Source: Glaucostegus cemiculus (lineage: Eukaryota). Taken from it: a stretch of DNA of 64,000 bases. The stretch is taken from positions 28,954,001 through 29,018,000 of the forward strand of contig CDPCPM010000010.1 in the NCBI GenBank assembly GCA_976551045.1, given 5' to 3'. The notes beneath the pieces were generated by a model, which was not told the origin of the DNA, ran no database searches, and saw only the letters and a program-made list of their open reading frames with translations. Numbering within the stretch: the stretch's first letter is position 1; each line of letters starts with the position of its first letter. Shown here piece by piece: positions 50,590-63,629 of this stretch. The translations under genes and the position numbers were made by a program.

Positions 50590-51070
50590 CAGGAGAGTTG
50601 CAGACATAGCTCAGCTCAGCACATCACAGAAACCAGCCTCCCCTCCACGTACTGTCTACACTTCCCACTGCCTTGGTAAAGCAGCCAGCATAATCAAAGA
50701 CCCCCACTGACCCTGGACATTCTCACTTCTCCCATCAGGCAGAAGATACAAAAACTGAAACCACATACCACCAGGTTCAAGGACAGCTTCTATCCTGCTT
50801 TTATAAGAATATTGAACAGTTCCCCCTCCCAACCCCATAAAATAAGATGGACTTGACCTCACAATCTACCTTAAGGCCTTGCACCTTATTGTCTGCCTGA
50901 ACTGCACTTTCTCTGTAACTGTAACACTTTATTCTGCATTCTGTTGTTGCTTTTCCCTTGTACGACCCCAATGCACTTATGTGATGAAATGATCTTTATG
51001 GATGGCATGCAAAATATAGTTTTTCCCTGTACATCAGTACAGGTAACAATAATAAACCAATTTACCAGTA
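50590..51070 (+). mobile_element. Rex1-like LINE 3' end including 3' UTR
   Basis: AGCACATCACAGAAACCAGCCTCC...GGACAGCTTCTATCCTGCT matches 3831-4020 and continues to AATAATAAACCAATTTACCA. Confidence 0.85.
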
Positions 51071-51488
51071 CATCTAACCATTGCATTTAATCTCTTTTCC
51101 ATTTCAATAAGGCCACAAAGTGCAAGATTTCAGACAAACCTGCACACTCTTCTAATAGAAAAACAAGATGTTGCGAAATGTTGCACCATCTTCTCAATAA
51201 AATGCTGGAATTTGCCATTATATTCATAAAACTGATGTCTAATTTAACAAATCCCTTCTGGTGATTAAGAGAGCACATTGTATCTTCAGCATGAGACGGT
51301 GGGGGGAGGGGGGAAGAAAAATCAGCCCAGAGTATAAGCATTGGAAGAAAAAGTGTTGCAAGGATGCATTAATTTTTATTGAGATCTAATGAAGAATTTT
51401 ATAAAAATTGCCATCTTTCATTAAAGTAAAAAAGTGATCCAACTTAAGCAACATGTACCAAAGTAGGTACACTTAATTGATCCTGTTA

Positions 51489-51772
51489 AGATCTTTTTGT
51501 TAGTCACATGTACATTGAAACACACAGTGAAATGAATCTTTTGTGCAGTGTTCTAGGGGCAGCCTGCAAGTGTCGCCACACTTCCTGCGCCAACATAGCA
51601 TGCCCACAACTGCCTAACCCGTACGTCTTTGGAATATGGGAGGAAACCAGAGCACCCAGAGGAAACCCATGCAGACACAGGGAGAACGTACAAACTCCTT
51701 ACAGACAGTGGCCGGAATGGAACCTGGGTCCCTGGCACTGTAAGGCATTATGCTAACTGCTACACTACTGTG
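51489..51772 (-). mobile_element. V-SINE (family with Rex1-like tail)
   Basis: Same family as 26046-26348. Confidence 0.9.
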
Positions 51773-51869
51773 ATGTACAACTGAATAAAGATTTGATTAG
51801 TATAGAGGTGAAATACTTATATTTACATTAAGATCAGAATTATTTACAAATCCATTTAACTTGCTAATG

Positions 51870-53850
51870 GATTAACATAACAGGAGGAATAGATCAAATT
51901 GTCCTTGAATCTGATTCACCATTCAATAATATTATGATTGATCTAATCTTGGTCTCAGATCCACTCTCCTGCTTGTTTCTTGCAATCAAGCATCTATCAA
52001 TCTTTGCCTTGAACATATTCAGTGATTCACTCTCCATAGCACGTGGGGTTGAAGAATTCCAAGGATTTACAGCCTAAAAGAAGAACTTCCTCATCTCTGC
52101 CTCAGATGGGCATCACTTCATTCCGAAACCAGGTCCTTTTGTTCCAGATTTTCAAGAGGGGAAGCATTCTCTCAGCATCTACCCTGCAAAGACCTCTCAA
52201 AAGAACAAAAGCTATCTGCTCCAATAGGATAGGCCCAATCCACTCAACTCTTCATCCCACGAATCAATCTGCTAAAGCTATGTAGAAATGCCTTTGAAGC
52301 AATCATATCCTTCTTTAAATAAGACAACCAAAACTGTGTGCATTACCTAGGTGTGGTCTCCTGAATGCTCTGTACAGTTGTAGTAATAAAGCCCAACGTT
52401 CCACTTGCCTTGCTAAGTTACTTGCTGTACCTGCGTACCAACTTTGTGTTTCATGTACAAGGACATTCAGATCCCACTATGGCACTGTACATCTGCACTA
52501 TGACATTGTACGATCTCTTTGTTTAAACAAAGTTCTCCTCATTCTTCTTACCAAAGTGGATAGCCTCATATTTCCCCACAGAATTAAAATAGTTGAAGCC
52601 CTAACACTGATGCCTGCGTCACCCCACTTGTTACAGCTTGTCAACTGAAAAATGAGCAATATGACTGTTGGTTAGCTGTCCTCTGTCATTGCAAATATTT
52701 ACCTGCAATGCCATCTCACACCTTTTACTTGCAACTTAACAAGAACCTTCCAGAAATTCAAATTCATTCCATCTCCATAAAGGTTTCTTTTTATTCACCC
52801 GCTCAATCCATTCTCAATGAACTTGATTCCCCTTACATAAAAACTACTTCACACTGCTCAATTGTATTGTGATTTTATAAGGTCCTACTCCTATATCATA
52901 AAGAATGGATTCCAATATTCTTGTTCTATTGTTTCCTTCTTTTCACGAACTGGTAGGTTATATTTGTGGCTTTGCAATTGGTTGGGACCTTTCCAGGATC
53001 AAGGAGGTTTGAAAGATCACAATCATGCATCCATTATATATTCACCAATCTCATTTAAAATTCTAGGATACAGGCCATCAGGTCAAAGGCACTATGTCTA
53101 CTTCTGCATCTTTTAAAATCCTGGGATTATAGACTAGGGGTATTGGCTCTGCTCGTCTGTACCATAGGGTTTTAAAAGCTTTTAGTCCCATTGATTTACA
53201 TTGTACTTTTTCTTTAAATAATAATGATTGTTTTGAGTTACTCTGTCCTTCACCCCCTCCCAAGTTTTCCACTTTCATTGGTATGCTTTTAATATCTTCT
53301 ATTGTGAACGAAGATACTAAATTCAAAGTCTCCACCATTTCCTTAGTTCCCATTATTGATTGCCCAGTTTCTAAGGGACCAATTTACCATAACTATTCAC
53401 TTCCTTTATAAGTAATTGCGGCAACCTTTACTGATTTTCTTTTTGTATCTTGTTGGCTTTTATTATTTATTTCATCTTTTTATTTTAGTCACATTTTTCC
53501 TGATTTCTGAACTTTTCCTAATCTTCTTGCTTACCACCAAACTTTAAAACAACCAAAAATTCCTTTCATTTCAATACCATCCCTTTGTTAGCTATGGATG
53601 TATTATCTTTCTCATATATATTTTGGTAAATAATTTTATTGAAAATTATAATACATGTCCTTACATGTCTAGCTAAGCTACCATCTACCACCTTGCCTTT
53701 TAATCTATTTTTCTAGCCCATTTTATCCAAAATTTACCTTTATACCATTGTGATCATCTTTAAAATGAAGACTGATGTCAAGCTGTTTCTCACTCTCAAA
53801 CTCAAAATGAAATTTTGTCATGTTATTTTGTCATTTTGTCACTCTTTCCA
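51870..53850 (-). mobile_element. Long, heavily decayed CR1 fragment
   Basis: Remnant KEMVETLNLVSSFTIEDI...GLKAFK...PRILKD parallels KEMAEVLNQYFASVFTVEDI...GLKTDK...PRVLKE of the intact ORF2. Confidence 0.8.
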
Positions 53851-56800
53851 AAAGGATCCTTTATTAAAAAGGCCATTAATTACTTATCATACATGGCTGG
53901 ATTAATGCAGGTACATTAACTTTTAAAAGGCATTTGGACAGATACACGGATTAAAAAAGTTTAGAGGGATAGAGTCCAAACACAGGCAATTGGGACATCT
54001 CAGATGGGTATCTTGGTTGGCATTGACCAATTGGGCTGAAGGGCTAATGCTTTGAAGGGCTAACTTGTAGCTTCTGTGCTTAATTTAGATGCTAAATACC
54101 AAATGCAAAACGTATCTAAATAATAGATAACTCCCTATATTCCCCCACTCGCCAAAATCATGAGTTTCATACTTTGTGCTCTGTAGGAGCAGTACTCTGT
54201 GGCACCAGACCATGCTGCTTATCTAATGATTTAAATAGAAACAGAACAAACTTGTTGTAGCGGCAAAGGCCATGAAGAATATCTCACAATAGATAAGTAT
54301 AAATGATTGCTGTCTTCCCCAGGGCATCTTTTAATTATTATTAATTCTAATCGTCTCTAATAACAAAACAGAGATTCCAGGCAGTGTAATAATTTCCAAT
54401 AAAAATGCAAATTAATTGTATATCTATCACCCAACATTCTACTGTTAGTGTTAATAGTGTAAACTGCACAGAATCCTTTTATGTGAGTGCATGATAAAAC
54501 AGATGAGAGGGAGTACGGACAAAGAGGGAAGAAAGTGTTACACCTCTCTAGTTAAATGCAACAATCATCAACATGATTATAATTATAAAACCACTACTTT
54601 GTCTCCTCATGTTTTTAAATGTGGTAATTGCAAAAGAAAATCTCAATTGCAGGTTTTCGCTTTAGCTCAGTTGCATCTTTGGAGGTAAATAGCACATTAT
54701 TAGAGGACATTCGTAATAGTCAGGGTAAAATTGAGAAACACTATCCAGTTTTCTTGAAAACGTGGATTTGAAGATTGGACTGCAGGCAGTAAGTTAGAAA
54801 ACTATTTCATCTTGTGTACCAGATCAACTGTCCTGACACTGGACCTAAAGTTTACATCACTCCTGCTTTCCATCTTAAGGTATGTTTTTGATTAGATGTA
54901 GATTATCATCCTATGAAATTGAAAATTTCTCCTAGACTTTTATACATAGTAAAAGTTATCAGCAGCTTACTAAATAATCCATCAGCCTTTATCTTCCAGA
55001 TTTGATTAGTTTCCATTTTAATCATGCTCCCTTTATTAAAGGATTAACCTAGCTTCATTTGCCTTGTCCTCATAGCTTAACAAACAGAGGATCTTCTATT
55101 TTAGGAGCTTTAAACATATCTTACATTGTTAAACACAAATGCCAATATATTGAGACATCACTTCCCCGAAACTGGTACTCCATACATCTGGCAATGATCC
55201 CAACAATGGCTTGCATTAATTATAATCTTGCAGTGCCAGCAATCAACCAGCAGTATTTATACATGGAACAGGTGCAAGAGTACAGTATGTTTGGAGCACA
55301 CTAAGGACAACCAGAAGGAACATTTTTTTCTAAAAAAGCAGTTGGGCTTCTTGCTCAAATTCAGCTGTTAGCAGAATGGACAAACCTAATGTATAAAAAA
55401 AATCAGAAAGGCAACCTTAAATGGGTTTATAATTCCATCATATTGCAGAAAATCTCCTAACAACCATCTATCACTAGCTGGCATGTAGTGGCCATTTCAC
55501 AGCACTGATTATGCAAGATTTTAATTTTTTTTTAAATACAGATTTTTATAACTTTCCAATAATTATTCTTACAAATTAGCTACTGACCATTTTCCCATAT
55601 TCTGCAGTTATTAAAAATCTATCAAGCTCATACTTAGCTTAAGAAACTGATTATAATTTGCCATTTTAGAATTAATTTCTAGAACTTTTAACTTGTAGAA
55701 ATGTTTCTTAACTATAGTCCTGAAAGAACCTGGCTCAATTTTATTACAAGTTTGTGCTCCCCATTTGGAGTTGTTTCTATCTATCCAATTAGCTCCCTTT
55801 AATGTCTTGAAATAGGAGCATCCATTGATGACTGGATTAGTCAATGAACTGAAGACAATGGAAACATCTGAATGGGTTCACGGTAACACAAGAAGATAGG
55901 AGGATTAAGCCATTCTGTCCCCTTGCTTCTACCTTTGACATTCAGTAAAATTGTAGCTCGTCTTATGTTTGGCCTCAACTCCATTTTTCTGCCCAGTCTC
56001 CATGTTAGGTTTGCCTATAGTCCAAAGACCCATCTCAGTCTTAAATATGTTCAAGAGTTCTGCATATGCAGCAGGCGATTCCAAAGACTGACAGTATTCA
56101 AAAGAAATTTCTCCTTATCTTAAGTTGCTGATCCTTTATCCAGAGATTAAGGCCCCTCTTTCTAAACCTCCTGAACAGTGGGAAGCATCCTGACAACATC
56201 CATCTCATCAACCCCTTGGAATCTTATATTTCAATGAAATTACCAAAGTCTTCTACATTTGAGAACAGACAATATTACAACAAATAACAATAATCTACTG
56301 ATGAATGTCCACTTAGAGAGGGGAGGAAACAGAACACATGTCAAAAACAGAAGCAATGTCTCCTAGTCTAATTTCTCCAGAAAATGCAACAACTGTTGGA
56401 GCTTCATACAATTACATAAAATCAATCTTGGTCACTTTCAGTAGTGCAATTACTAGGCTTAACGATGAGTGTTAACCCGATCAGCTCTATTTTTGACAGG
56501 GAATCATGTGGTCACTATATGCAACCATCTTGGAAACTACGAGCTACCTACACCCTCCTCAATGTTAGGGAATACAACCTTACTATCTGAAGTCTCTCCT
56601 CATAAAGCCCCTAACTTTTCATCTTTTAAAGGTCTGAAAGACGACTTCATATCTGTATTTGTCACCGCCTCAATTATCTTCATAACTTAAAGCTTCCATC
56701 CTGCCTATCTAAGCCATCAGCAAATTTAGAATTTCAAGTGGCATATTCAAGTCACTTAGAAGATAAATTCTACTTCCATTGAAAAAATAGAAGTATCATC

Positions 56801-57089
56801 CACTTTACTGGTAGTAGTAAAGTTCTAACTAATCACTTATGATTAATGGTTATAATTAGCCTTGCCAGCAACACCAACATTATGCAAGAAAAACTTTAAT
56901 TTCCTTTCTATACATAGTAGATGTAGAGGCAGAATCTAAATGCCAGTTTTCTGAATTAAGCAGAATTCAGCTTGGAATTGTGAATGGAAATTCCTACCAA
57001 ATTACACTGCACAGAGTCATAGGAAATAGCAGTTGGCCATTCTACACCATGTGCCTTCTCGCATTCAGTAAGATCATGGGTAATCTTTT

Positions 57090-58130
57090 AACTCAGCACA
57101 GAAACAGGCACTTGTCCCACCACATGCATACTGTTTTGCCCATCTACCCTAATCCCATTCGCCTATGTGATGTCTGTATTCTTCAATGCCTTGCCTATTT
57201 AAGTGCCTGTCTAAACGTCTCTTAAATTTAACTGATTCTACCACCTCCTCTGCCAGTTTTAGCTATAAACCACTCTGCAAAAAACTTTCCCCTCAAATAC
57301 ACTTTAGAACTGTTACCTTAAACCTATGCCCTCTTGTTTTTAGATATTCCTACCATGAAAAATAAAATCCTGACCACCTATTGTGTCTATGCCTCTTATA
57401 ACTTTAGATATCTATTAGGGCACCCCTCAACCTCCTCGCTCCAGAGTACTCAAACCCAGCCTATCCAAATCTCTCCCCATAAGTAGAGCATTCCAATTCA
57501 GGCAATGTTCTGGTGAATCTCCTCTACATCCTCTCCAAATGAACCACAACCTTCCTACAGTGTGGAGACCAGAACTGCATAGTAGTCCAAGTGAAGTCAG
57601 TTTAAAATTAGAACACAACGTCCCAACTTTTCTAGCATATGGATGGCACGGGTGGCATAGTGGTTAGCACAAAGCTTTACAGTGCCAGCGACCCGGGTTC
57701 AAATCCGGCCACTGTCTGTAAAGAGTTTGTATGTTCTCCCTGTGTCTGTGTGGGTTTCCTCCCACATTCCAAAGACATACAGGTTAGGAAGTTATGGGCA
57801 TGCTATTTTGGTGCCAGAAGCGTGACAACACTTGCAGGCTGTCCCCAGATCACTACATAAAAGATGTATTTCACTGTATGTTTCGATGTACATGTGACTA
57901 ATAAAGATCTTGTCTTATCTTGACCCATGAAGGAAAGCATGCCATATGCCTTTTTCTTTTAAATCTGTGTTGCCACATTCAGGGAAATATGGATCTGAAC
58001 CGCAAGGTCCCTCTGTCCATCAACATTCCTTAGTGCTCTACCATTACTATACATATCTATATGACTTTTCAAAATGCATCACCTAGCATTTGTCAGTACT
58101 AAATTCCATCTGCTAATGCACCACCCACCT
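57090..58130 (-). mobile_element. CR1 fragment split by a SINE
   Basis: CR1-type sequence on both sides of 57644-57921 (…GTGAATCTCCTCTACATCCTCTCCA…; …GAAGGAAAGCATGCCATATGCC…). Confidence 0.75.
57644..57921 (+). mobile_element. V-SINE, full length, nested in CR1
   Basis: A box TGGCATAGTGG, B box GGTTCAAATCC, V-domain, and tail AATAAAGATCTTGTCTTATCT. Confidence 0.9.
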
Positions 58131-59399
58131 CATTGACATTTTACTGCATCAATCCTTTATCCCTTGATTCCATAACATTAGACTGCTCAGATCAGCATAA
58201 ATTGGTAATCTCAGACTGGTCACTGTGGCGTTCAGACAATGGTCACCTGCCTGCTGCACCAACACTTGCTGCAAATAGCTTTTATATAGAAAATGGAAAA
58301 TCTGCATTAAAAAAAATCAGAAAGTTGTTCTGAAAATTAATTGGGGCCTTTAAAGTGGAACATGCATTATACAGTAATCCAGGATAAGAAAACAATGTAG
58401 AATATACAGGGGATGGAGTTGGTATTTGATCATTTGCAATGCTATGCCATAATTTTAATTGTAAAGCATCTAATTTCCTCCTTAGCTGTGACTCCTAACT
58501 ACATATATTAACTCTGAAGGTGGAGCTTCATAAGCATTTGTCATTAATGGCTTTTAAAAGGAAATGATCCTACAACTCTGAAATCATATCTTGAACACAA
58601 AATCCAAAAAAATAGTCAGCATCAGAAAGAGCCTTCCATGGCTACTTTTGGAATTTGACAATGTATAAAACTGATTACAGCCTTTTGACAAAGCTTTCTT
58701 TCTTTCACTGGCCCAGTTTTGATAGTTTAACTCTCCATTGACCAGATGAGAGGTCACATTCTACCATTTCTGTGCCTTTGTGTTCCAGTATGATCCCACA
58801 GCAGTCATTCACCAAGACATCAGCAGACCCAAATTAGTATTTGCTTTGTTTAGGTAAAGGTCATATTTTCACCCATCCACATGGAATCCTAAAAATTTTC
58901 ATGTTCTATATAGTCTGCTTTTCCCATGTTGATTCTTTTAAAGAGCTTTCCAGACATTCCTATTCTGTGTTCATGCAATTTAGCTTTTAGAATTCTTTGC
59001 CAGATGCTTAACCTTTTCCCTCATGGAACCAATTATTCCCTACTCTTTGGTCAAGCATTTCATGTCCTAAGTCAAAGAACGTTTAACCTTTCCCTTAATT
59101 TTTCTGATAATGATCTTGAATTGAGGCACTTTACTCACCAAATATGGAAAATATTACACATATCCAAGTCAGTTTAACTAAAGCCTCAGTTTTGAATTCC
59201 ATACTATTTTCCCCTCATTCTGGATTATTAATAGCAACTTCACACTCAAGCCAAATGTAAAACTTGCAATGAGTTACAGTTTAAAATGCATCTAGAAAAT
59301 TTCTCGCAAAACAAACCAATGAGCTAAAACTCGCATCCATTTTAAGTTAACTTTTGTTCTACTTTGCTTCTCAAGTTTGGCTTGTCAATTAGGAAATAA

Positions 59400-60992
59400 A
59401 GGAAAAATTACCAGAAAATAGAATTTCAAACATTTACAGTTCTGCCTCAAAACATTTTAATAAAAAGTGTTACATTTGCAAAGCAAGTTCACTGGATTAA
59501 TTATTGCCTGAAAAATTATAAACTGCTATGCAAAACAAATTCTTCCAATTAACAAAACCATTTTATACATTCTAATAGCAAATAAAGCTAGATCTCAAGG
59601 TCTAAAATCCACTTTAAACAAACTAAATATTTTGAACTGAATCTGAAAGAATAACCAACAGAGCATGCACAGAGCATGTTTCTACCAAATAGATGCAAGA
59701 TCAATTACCACCCCTACAAGCTGCCCTACTTCCAGTCAATTAGTAATTGTTGCTATTAATCACAGGACTACAAATGCAGCCAGGAGCAAAATGCTCTTTA
59801 CAACTTGGGTTCCGTGACCTTAAGTTGTAGTTGTCATTTCAATGTGCCAAACAAAAACAAGGAACATTTTGAACCATTATGTTTTATAAACAACCCTGTG
59901 AAGTGGTAAAGTTGAATAGAAACTTGGAGCTTCTACACTGTATGATAACTTATCTTGAAGAACCAGTGCAACCAATTTCTGTTATGTCTAAGATTTTAAT
60001 CAGTCAACCATTTAAATGCCCACTCCATAAAGACATCTTCTCTGAACAAACACCACAAAGCCATACATATTGAATAAAGCAATCTACATTTATTTGTACA
60101 ACTTTGCCAAGATTGGAATGAGAGATAAATAGAAGGCACAACCATACGCTTTACAATACAAACTAAACCAGAAAAGTTTTTCTGCAATTTACAGTTTTAA
60201 AAAAAATTCACAATTCCAGAGGAAACGTGTCTTGATGTCAAGTATGTCAGAGTTAAATGTTTTAAAAGTCCCACTGTGAAAGAGATCCTCCAATGATGAA
60301 AACTAAAAGACTGAAAGGAAAGATGTCGATGACTCACATCTATTGTATTAGTCCACGTCTGATCTTAATAGCACAGCAGTTCCGAACAGGAACTGGCAGC
60401 TTTCTCCGGTTTACAGCATTGCAGCTTATTACCAACCATCTAGTAATCACATCTGTTCCAGTCCAAATACAGATAGCACCATGTCCTCCATAATCGAACA
60501 GGAGAACACTGTGCCACGTAGACAGAATGTTTTAAAAATTGCTGGGTGCTACATAACAAGGTTTTCTGAAGATGAATGTCTGTATGGAAATAAAATGCAA
60601 CCAGGTTTCCAATTTAAAAATTTTGCACCAAATTTCAGTCAATAAGGGCCAACACGTTCTCGGAGCAGCTGGGAGGCAGCAGGTACTAAAATCCAGTTCA
60701 TAGCTGTTAGTCACCCCAATCCACTGCAGTAAGAATATGTCTTCAAGCAGGAGATTCTGATTTTAAAATCAGTTTTTTTAAAAAAAACAAATAAAAAATT
60801 CAGAAAGGATGTTTCGTGGGACGATGACTACTACACAAGTCGAGAACAAAAAAAAACAAAGGCCATTTTCTGTACTGAAAAAAATAAATCTGTACAGGTC
60901 GAAATCACATTCCAAAAACAAAGCTGAATCACAAGAGCATGAGAGAGAACATTAGTACCATCAGCTCACACCAATAGCCAGTGAAGGTACTT
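59400..60992 (-). other. g3bp1: Probable G3BP 3' UTR (end uncertain)
   Basis: Repeat-free and U-rich on -. AATAAA on - at 60089-60094; ATTAAA on - near 59456. Confidence 0.5.
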
Positions 60993-61259
60993 TCAGTGAC
61001 GTGGCCCTGAGAATCGAGACTCTCCTTGTCCACCTCCTCTTCCAGCTCCTGGTCCTGGTTTCTGTGTTAGGCCTCCTCTGGACAGGCCCCCTCGGCCCTC
61101 CCGATCACGCATCATTCCACCGCCAAGTCCACCACGGGGTCCACCAGGTCCTCTCGGTCTATTTTCCCGTCGATCATCCCCTCTACGTTCACCTTCACGA
61201 ATAGGTCGGGTTTTTTTCTCCTCTACATTTAGTCTAAGCTCTCCTCTGAATTTAATGGG
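60993..61259 (-). CDS. g3bp1: G3BP terminal coding exon (end of RRM, RGG domain, stop TGA)
   Basis: ttgtag| [58 protein letters not shown]...RFSGPRH*. Family certain; paralogue assigned from convergent adjacency to glra1 as in mammals. Confidence 0.9.
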   Translation of the reverse strand, partial: PIKFRGELRLNVEEKKTRPIREGERRGDDRRENRPRGPGGPRGGLGGGMMRDREGRGGLSRGGLTQKPGPGAGRGGGQGESRFSGPRH

Positions 61260-61667
61260 CTACAAGGAAAGGAAAACATAGAAAGCATTTTTACAAATGA
61301 CTATTTAATTCAAGTGAACAATACCATTTACTTCGCTGGGAACTTTGATGAGCAGAAATCACAGCCTCAAATTTTTGAACAAGTATGAAATGCTGAAAAA
61401 ATGTTCAATCCTAACCACTGCAAACGTATATAAATCAGAATCTGTCCACTTTGCACTTTTTCCCTGAAAGCTGCAAATCAACATCTGTTGATTATTTTAT
61501 TGCATTTTCATTCTGCGATCAGAAATTGTGAAATTAAGCACAAATGGATTGTTTCCCATAAACAGTCAAGCCTAAGCTTTATTTTGAATATAGGTGGGAC
61601 CAGTGAAAGAAGCAAAATTAACACTCAAAAAATAATGGAGTGAAGAAAAACAAAGTGCTATTATTAC

Positions 61668-61786
61668 CTTGCTGCTCAGGATCTTCTGAACGGGCTCAGG
61701 ATCATCAAATACAACAAAACCAAAGTTGGGCAATTTCCCACCACTACTCTTGGTGTTAATGCGGAGTTCCACCACATTGCCATAAC
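61668..61786 (-). CDS. g3bp1: G3BP RRM exon containing RNP1 (119 bp)
   Basis: ttgcag| [39 protein letters not shown] |gtaata. Confidence 0.93.
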
Positions 61787-62229
61787 CTGCAATATAGTTC
61801 TAATTTTATTATGCATGTCAGAAATTCAAAAAGGCACTGTTTTATTCCGGCTAATTAATTTCCTGTACTTCGTGGATTAACCGTTTCAAAGTGTTTCCAC
61901 ATCTAGTTCTCCCTGGGCAGCTTTTATAACCCTAAAAACACAACTTATGGCTTCAAATTGGTTCAAGTTTGCTGTTTAGTACATTCCATGATGGCGCACG
62001 CTATTGACATTGTATACAGTTCAGCAAGAAGGACAAACATTTTACAGATGCATGGCAACTGCATTCATTTAAGTTTGAAGTGTACTTAAGTCCCAATATA
62101 ATTCATTTATAAACAAAACGAATTTAGTTTAACTACCAATTGCTGTGCAGTGCCCGGATGGTGAGACCATATCTAAAATACCATGTATCGTTCCAGTCTC
62201 CCCGTCCAAGCAAGAATATACTTGAAGCA

Positions 62230-62530
62230 AGTGTTCACCAGATTGATTCCTTGGATTGGAGGTAGATATGGAGCTGATATTTCCTTTGCTGGGTTCAGCC
62301 TTTTAGGACAGAAACTATAAAGAAACTTCTTCACTCTCAGCCAATTTTTGGAATTCAGTACCCAAGGAGGCTGTGTCAATTCATTCATAATACTATTCAT
62401 TAAAGAGATTTAGATATGTATTAGGGGTTACAGGGTTAGTGCAGGGAAATTATGTTAAGTTAAAAGTCAGTGATGGTCTCACCAAATGGCAAAAGCACAA
62501 GGGACCAAATAGCCTATTCCGGCTTCTATC
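62230..62530 (+). mobile_element. Old CR1 3' fragment in G3BP intron
   Basis: GTTCACCAGATTGATTCCT...TTCTTCACTCTCAG...TTTTGGAATTC...GGGACCAAATAGCCTATTCC. Confidence 0.7.
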
Positions 62531-63172
62531 TTTACGTCACTTTATAATTGCAGATGCAAGAACATTTGTCAGACTAAAGTATTGATATACATGGAATTCT
62601 TGTGTCAACCACCTTAGAAAGCAGGAAGCATTCTATAAAACCCATGTAACAAGCAAGTAGACACATATAGTATTAAAACCATCGATACATACAACAGAAA
62701 ACCTGAAAGCACCAGGCTTGGGTTGCTAAAAATAGTACTGATGGTGGGGTAAAGTGGAGGGGCAAGTTATTGAGAGCATGTAGGCCAAGGAAGAGAGTAG
62801 ACCTCAAGAAAGTTAGCACGGTACTCTTAAAGGGGTTGAACACAATAATGTAAAAAGGGAAGAGAGATGGAATTTGTGTCAAGAGTACAAAATTAAATGA
62901 GGGATAAGACATTCACTCTCCTTAAAGCAAGGCTGCAGACATTTTCAGTTTATCTCAGATGTACTCTAGCTCCAGTCAGTACTTTAAAGGGAGTAAGAAA
63001 TTAGAGTAAATACAGCAAAAAGCTGTGATTCAAGGCTGCAAGCTATCTTTGTCCTGTGTAGAATGTTAAACTATAGGTGACCAAGGAAGAGAATGACCCA
63101 ATATGAAGAAATTTTAAATAAACACTAGTTGCCAACACACCATAATAACCAACAATATAAACTTCTACAAAC

Positions 63173-63301
63173 CTGTGAAGAATTCTTTCAGCTCTGTCTC
63201 GTCAATATCGTGGGGCAGGTTTCCAACAAATAACTGATGACTGTCTGGGTATCGGATTGTGCGTCGTGCTTCTGTATCTCCCGTCTCATTTTCACTGCGA
63301 C
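63173..63301 (-). CDS. g3bp1: G3BP exon containing RRM RNP2 (129 bp)
   Basis: tttcag| [42 protein letters not shown] |gtttgt; phases join the two downstream exons. Confidence 0.93.
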
Positions 63302-63629
63302 CTGAAACAAGAAAACTTACTTTCAAGACCTTCCGTTGCATTGTTGAGGACCTGCTATAGCAGTAAAATTATAAACAAACAATGGTGTTTAAGACATTCT
63401 AACAGCTTCTGCAAATACTAAGTATGATGCTTGAACAATTAGTTATATTTGTTATATTGACTGCATGATGAAAGACATCTCTAAAGGTCACCTAAACCAA
63501 CGTGCTAGGCATTTCAGCAAATAAACTGATAACACTCAATTCAATGTAGAGTAAAGCTTCAATAAAAGTGAACATGGCACATACACAGAAATACAGAACA
63601 CGGAACAGAACAACACAGAAACAAAAATG

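Noticed and set aside
57644-57720. tRNA gene
   Set aside because: The A/B boxes belong to a SINE head and run directly into the V-domain; no complete cloverleaf is evident.
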